Source: Promethearchaeota archaeon Loki_b32 (GTDB taxonomy: Archaea; Asgardarchaeota; Lokiarchaeia; Sigyniarchaeales; SOKP01). Taken from it: 27,063 nucleotides of DNA. The position numbers were made by a program, and so were the translations under genes. Positions 26,470 through 27,063 of this stretch are shown here, piece after piece. A model generated the notes under the pieces. It made no database searches and had not been told where the DNA came from. It was given only the letters and a program-made list of their open reading frames with translations. The stretch is taken from NCBI GenBank assembly GCA_005223125.1, contig NJBH01000043.1, forward strand, positions 1-27,063. The letters are read 5' to 3'. The stretch's first letter is position 1, and each line of letters opens with the position of its first letter.

Positions 26470-27063
26470 CTATTGTGATATAATTGATTCTACAAAAACA
26501 CTTGTTCTTTTAATAGTCTCCCATTTCATAGGATATTTTAAATATTGCTCTAATTGACTTAAAATTCTGATTGTGTTAATCATGTATCCGTAGAATAATT
26601 TATAAACGATTATATAAAACAAAATTTTTGGGTTTTCCCTTACATCCACATATATCGCATACATACTGATAACTATTTCTATTATCAGAAAGAAAAAATA
26701 CCAGAAAAAATAAATGTGTATATATATAAGAAATCCAGAAAATGGATTAAATATAAGTATAAAAATCCACACACCTGCGAAAAAGTTAAACCAAGAAAAG
26801 ATTAATCCATTCAAAGATATCCATGGAATTATAAACAATCCTGTAGTTCCATATTTTGGATTAAAAAACATGCCTTTATGTTTAATTATTACTTGTAATA
26901 ATCCTCTATACCAACGATACCTTTGTTTAGCTAAATCAAAAAGAAATATTGGAGCTTCTGTATATCCGATTGATTTAGGTTCATATTCTATTTTATATCC
27001 TGCTCTTAATATTTTTAAAGTTAAGTCTGCATCTTCTGCAAATGTATCTCCAGTATAGAAACC
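26470..27063 (-). CDS. Processive GT2 glycosyltransferase (PgaC/IcaA/cellulose-synthase-like), 3' part; the gene continues beyond the window
   Basis: The frame is open from 27063: GFYTGDTFAEDADLTLKILRAGYKIEYEPKSIGYTEAP...KQRYRWYRG, containing the xED and QxxRW motifs. TM helices and a terminal KWETIKR follow. The ORF track caught only the last 133 aa. Confidence 0.9.
   Translation of the reverse strand, partial: GFYTGDTFAEDADLTLKILRAGYKIEYEPKSIGYTEAPIFLFDLAKQRYRWYRGLLQVIIKHKGMFFNPKYGTTGLFIIPWISLNGLIFSWFNFFAGVWIFILIFNPFSGFLIYIHIYFFWYFFFLIIEIVISMYAIYVDVRENPKILFYIIVYKLFYGYMINTIRILSQLEQYLKYPMKWETIKRTSVFVESIISQ

Noticed and set aside
2286-27058. Many short ORFs antisense to or nested in long genes (e.g. 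2286-2702, 5125-5379, 12513-12767, 14863-15144, 16376-16675, 20473-20727, 21896-22150, 25651-25842, 26714-27058)
   Set aside because: They are shadow frames of well-supported genes, with the S/F/I/L-rich composition typical of antisense translation and no motifs.

Overview
AT-rich archaeal DNA. From about 900 to the end, gene content and protein style point to an Asgard archaeon of the Lokiarchaeia type; this is inferred from a soluble multi-PAS histidine kinase, longin domains, a small-GTPase fusion, an E2-like domain and HEAT solenoids. Housekeeping and metabolic genes: purD, a TrmJ-type SPOUT methyltransferase, a CDP-alcohol phosphatidyltransferase, an ABC-2 exporter pair, two tandem M32 carboxypeptidases, a HAD hydrolase, an alpha/beta hydrolase, a wHTH-4Fe-4S protein and the 3' part of a processive GT2 glycosyltransferase. 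Among them lie several eukaryote-signature-like proteins: a Cys-less E2/UEV-like domain fused to an intact JAMM isopeptidase (13.0-13.7 kb), a longin-fused small GTPase with degenerate switch motifs (17.1-18.7 kb), a HEAT-head/coiled-coil protein, a second longin-like protein with a Zn-binding tail, and a stand-alone TFIIB/cyclin-fold protein divergent from an RHH-wHTH regulator across a palindrome-rich spacer. A break missing from the ORF track lies near 880-900: the N-terminus of a type IA topoisomerase (minus strand, 969 to 862) stops after about 25 recognisable codons, where it meets unrelated plus-strand DNA. This indicates a chimeric join or an insertion into topA. No rRNA, tRNA, CRISPR array, transposase or integrase was recognised. 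All domain calls come from reading motifs by eye; no database search was run.
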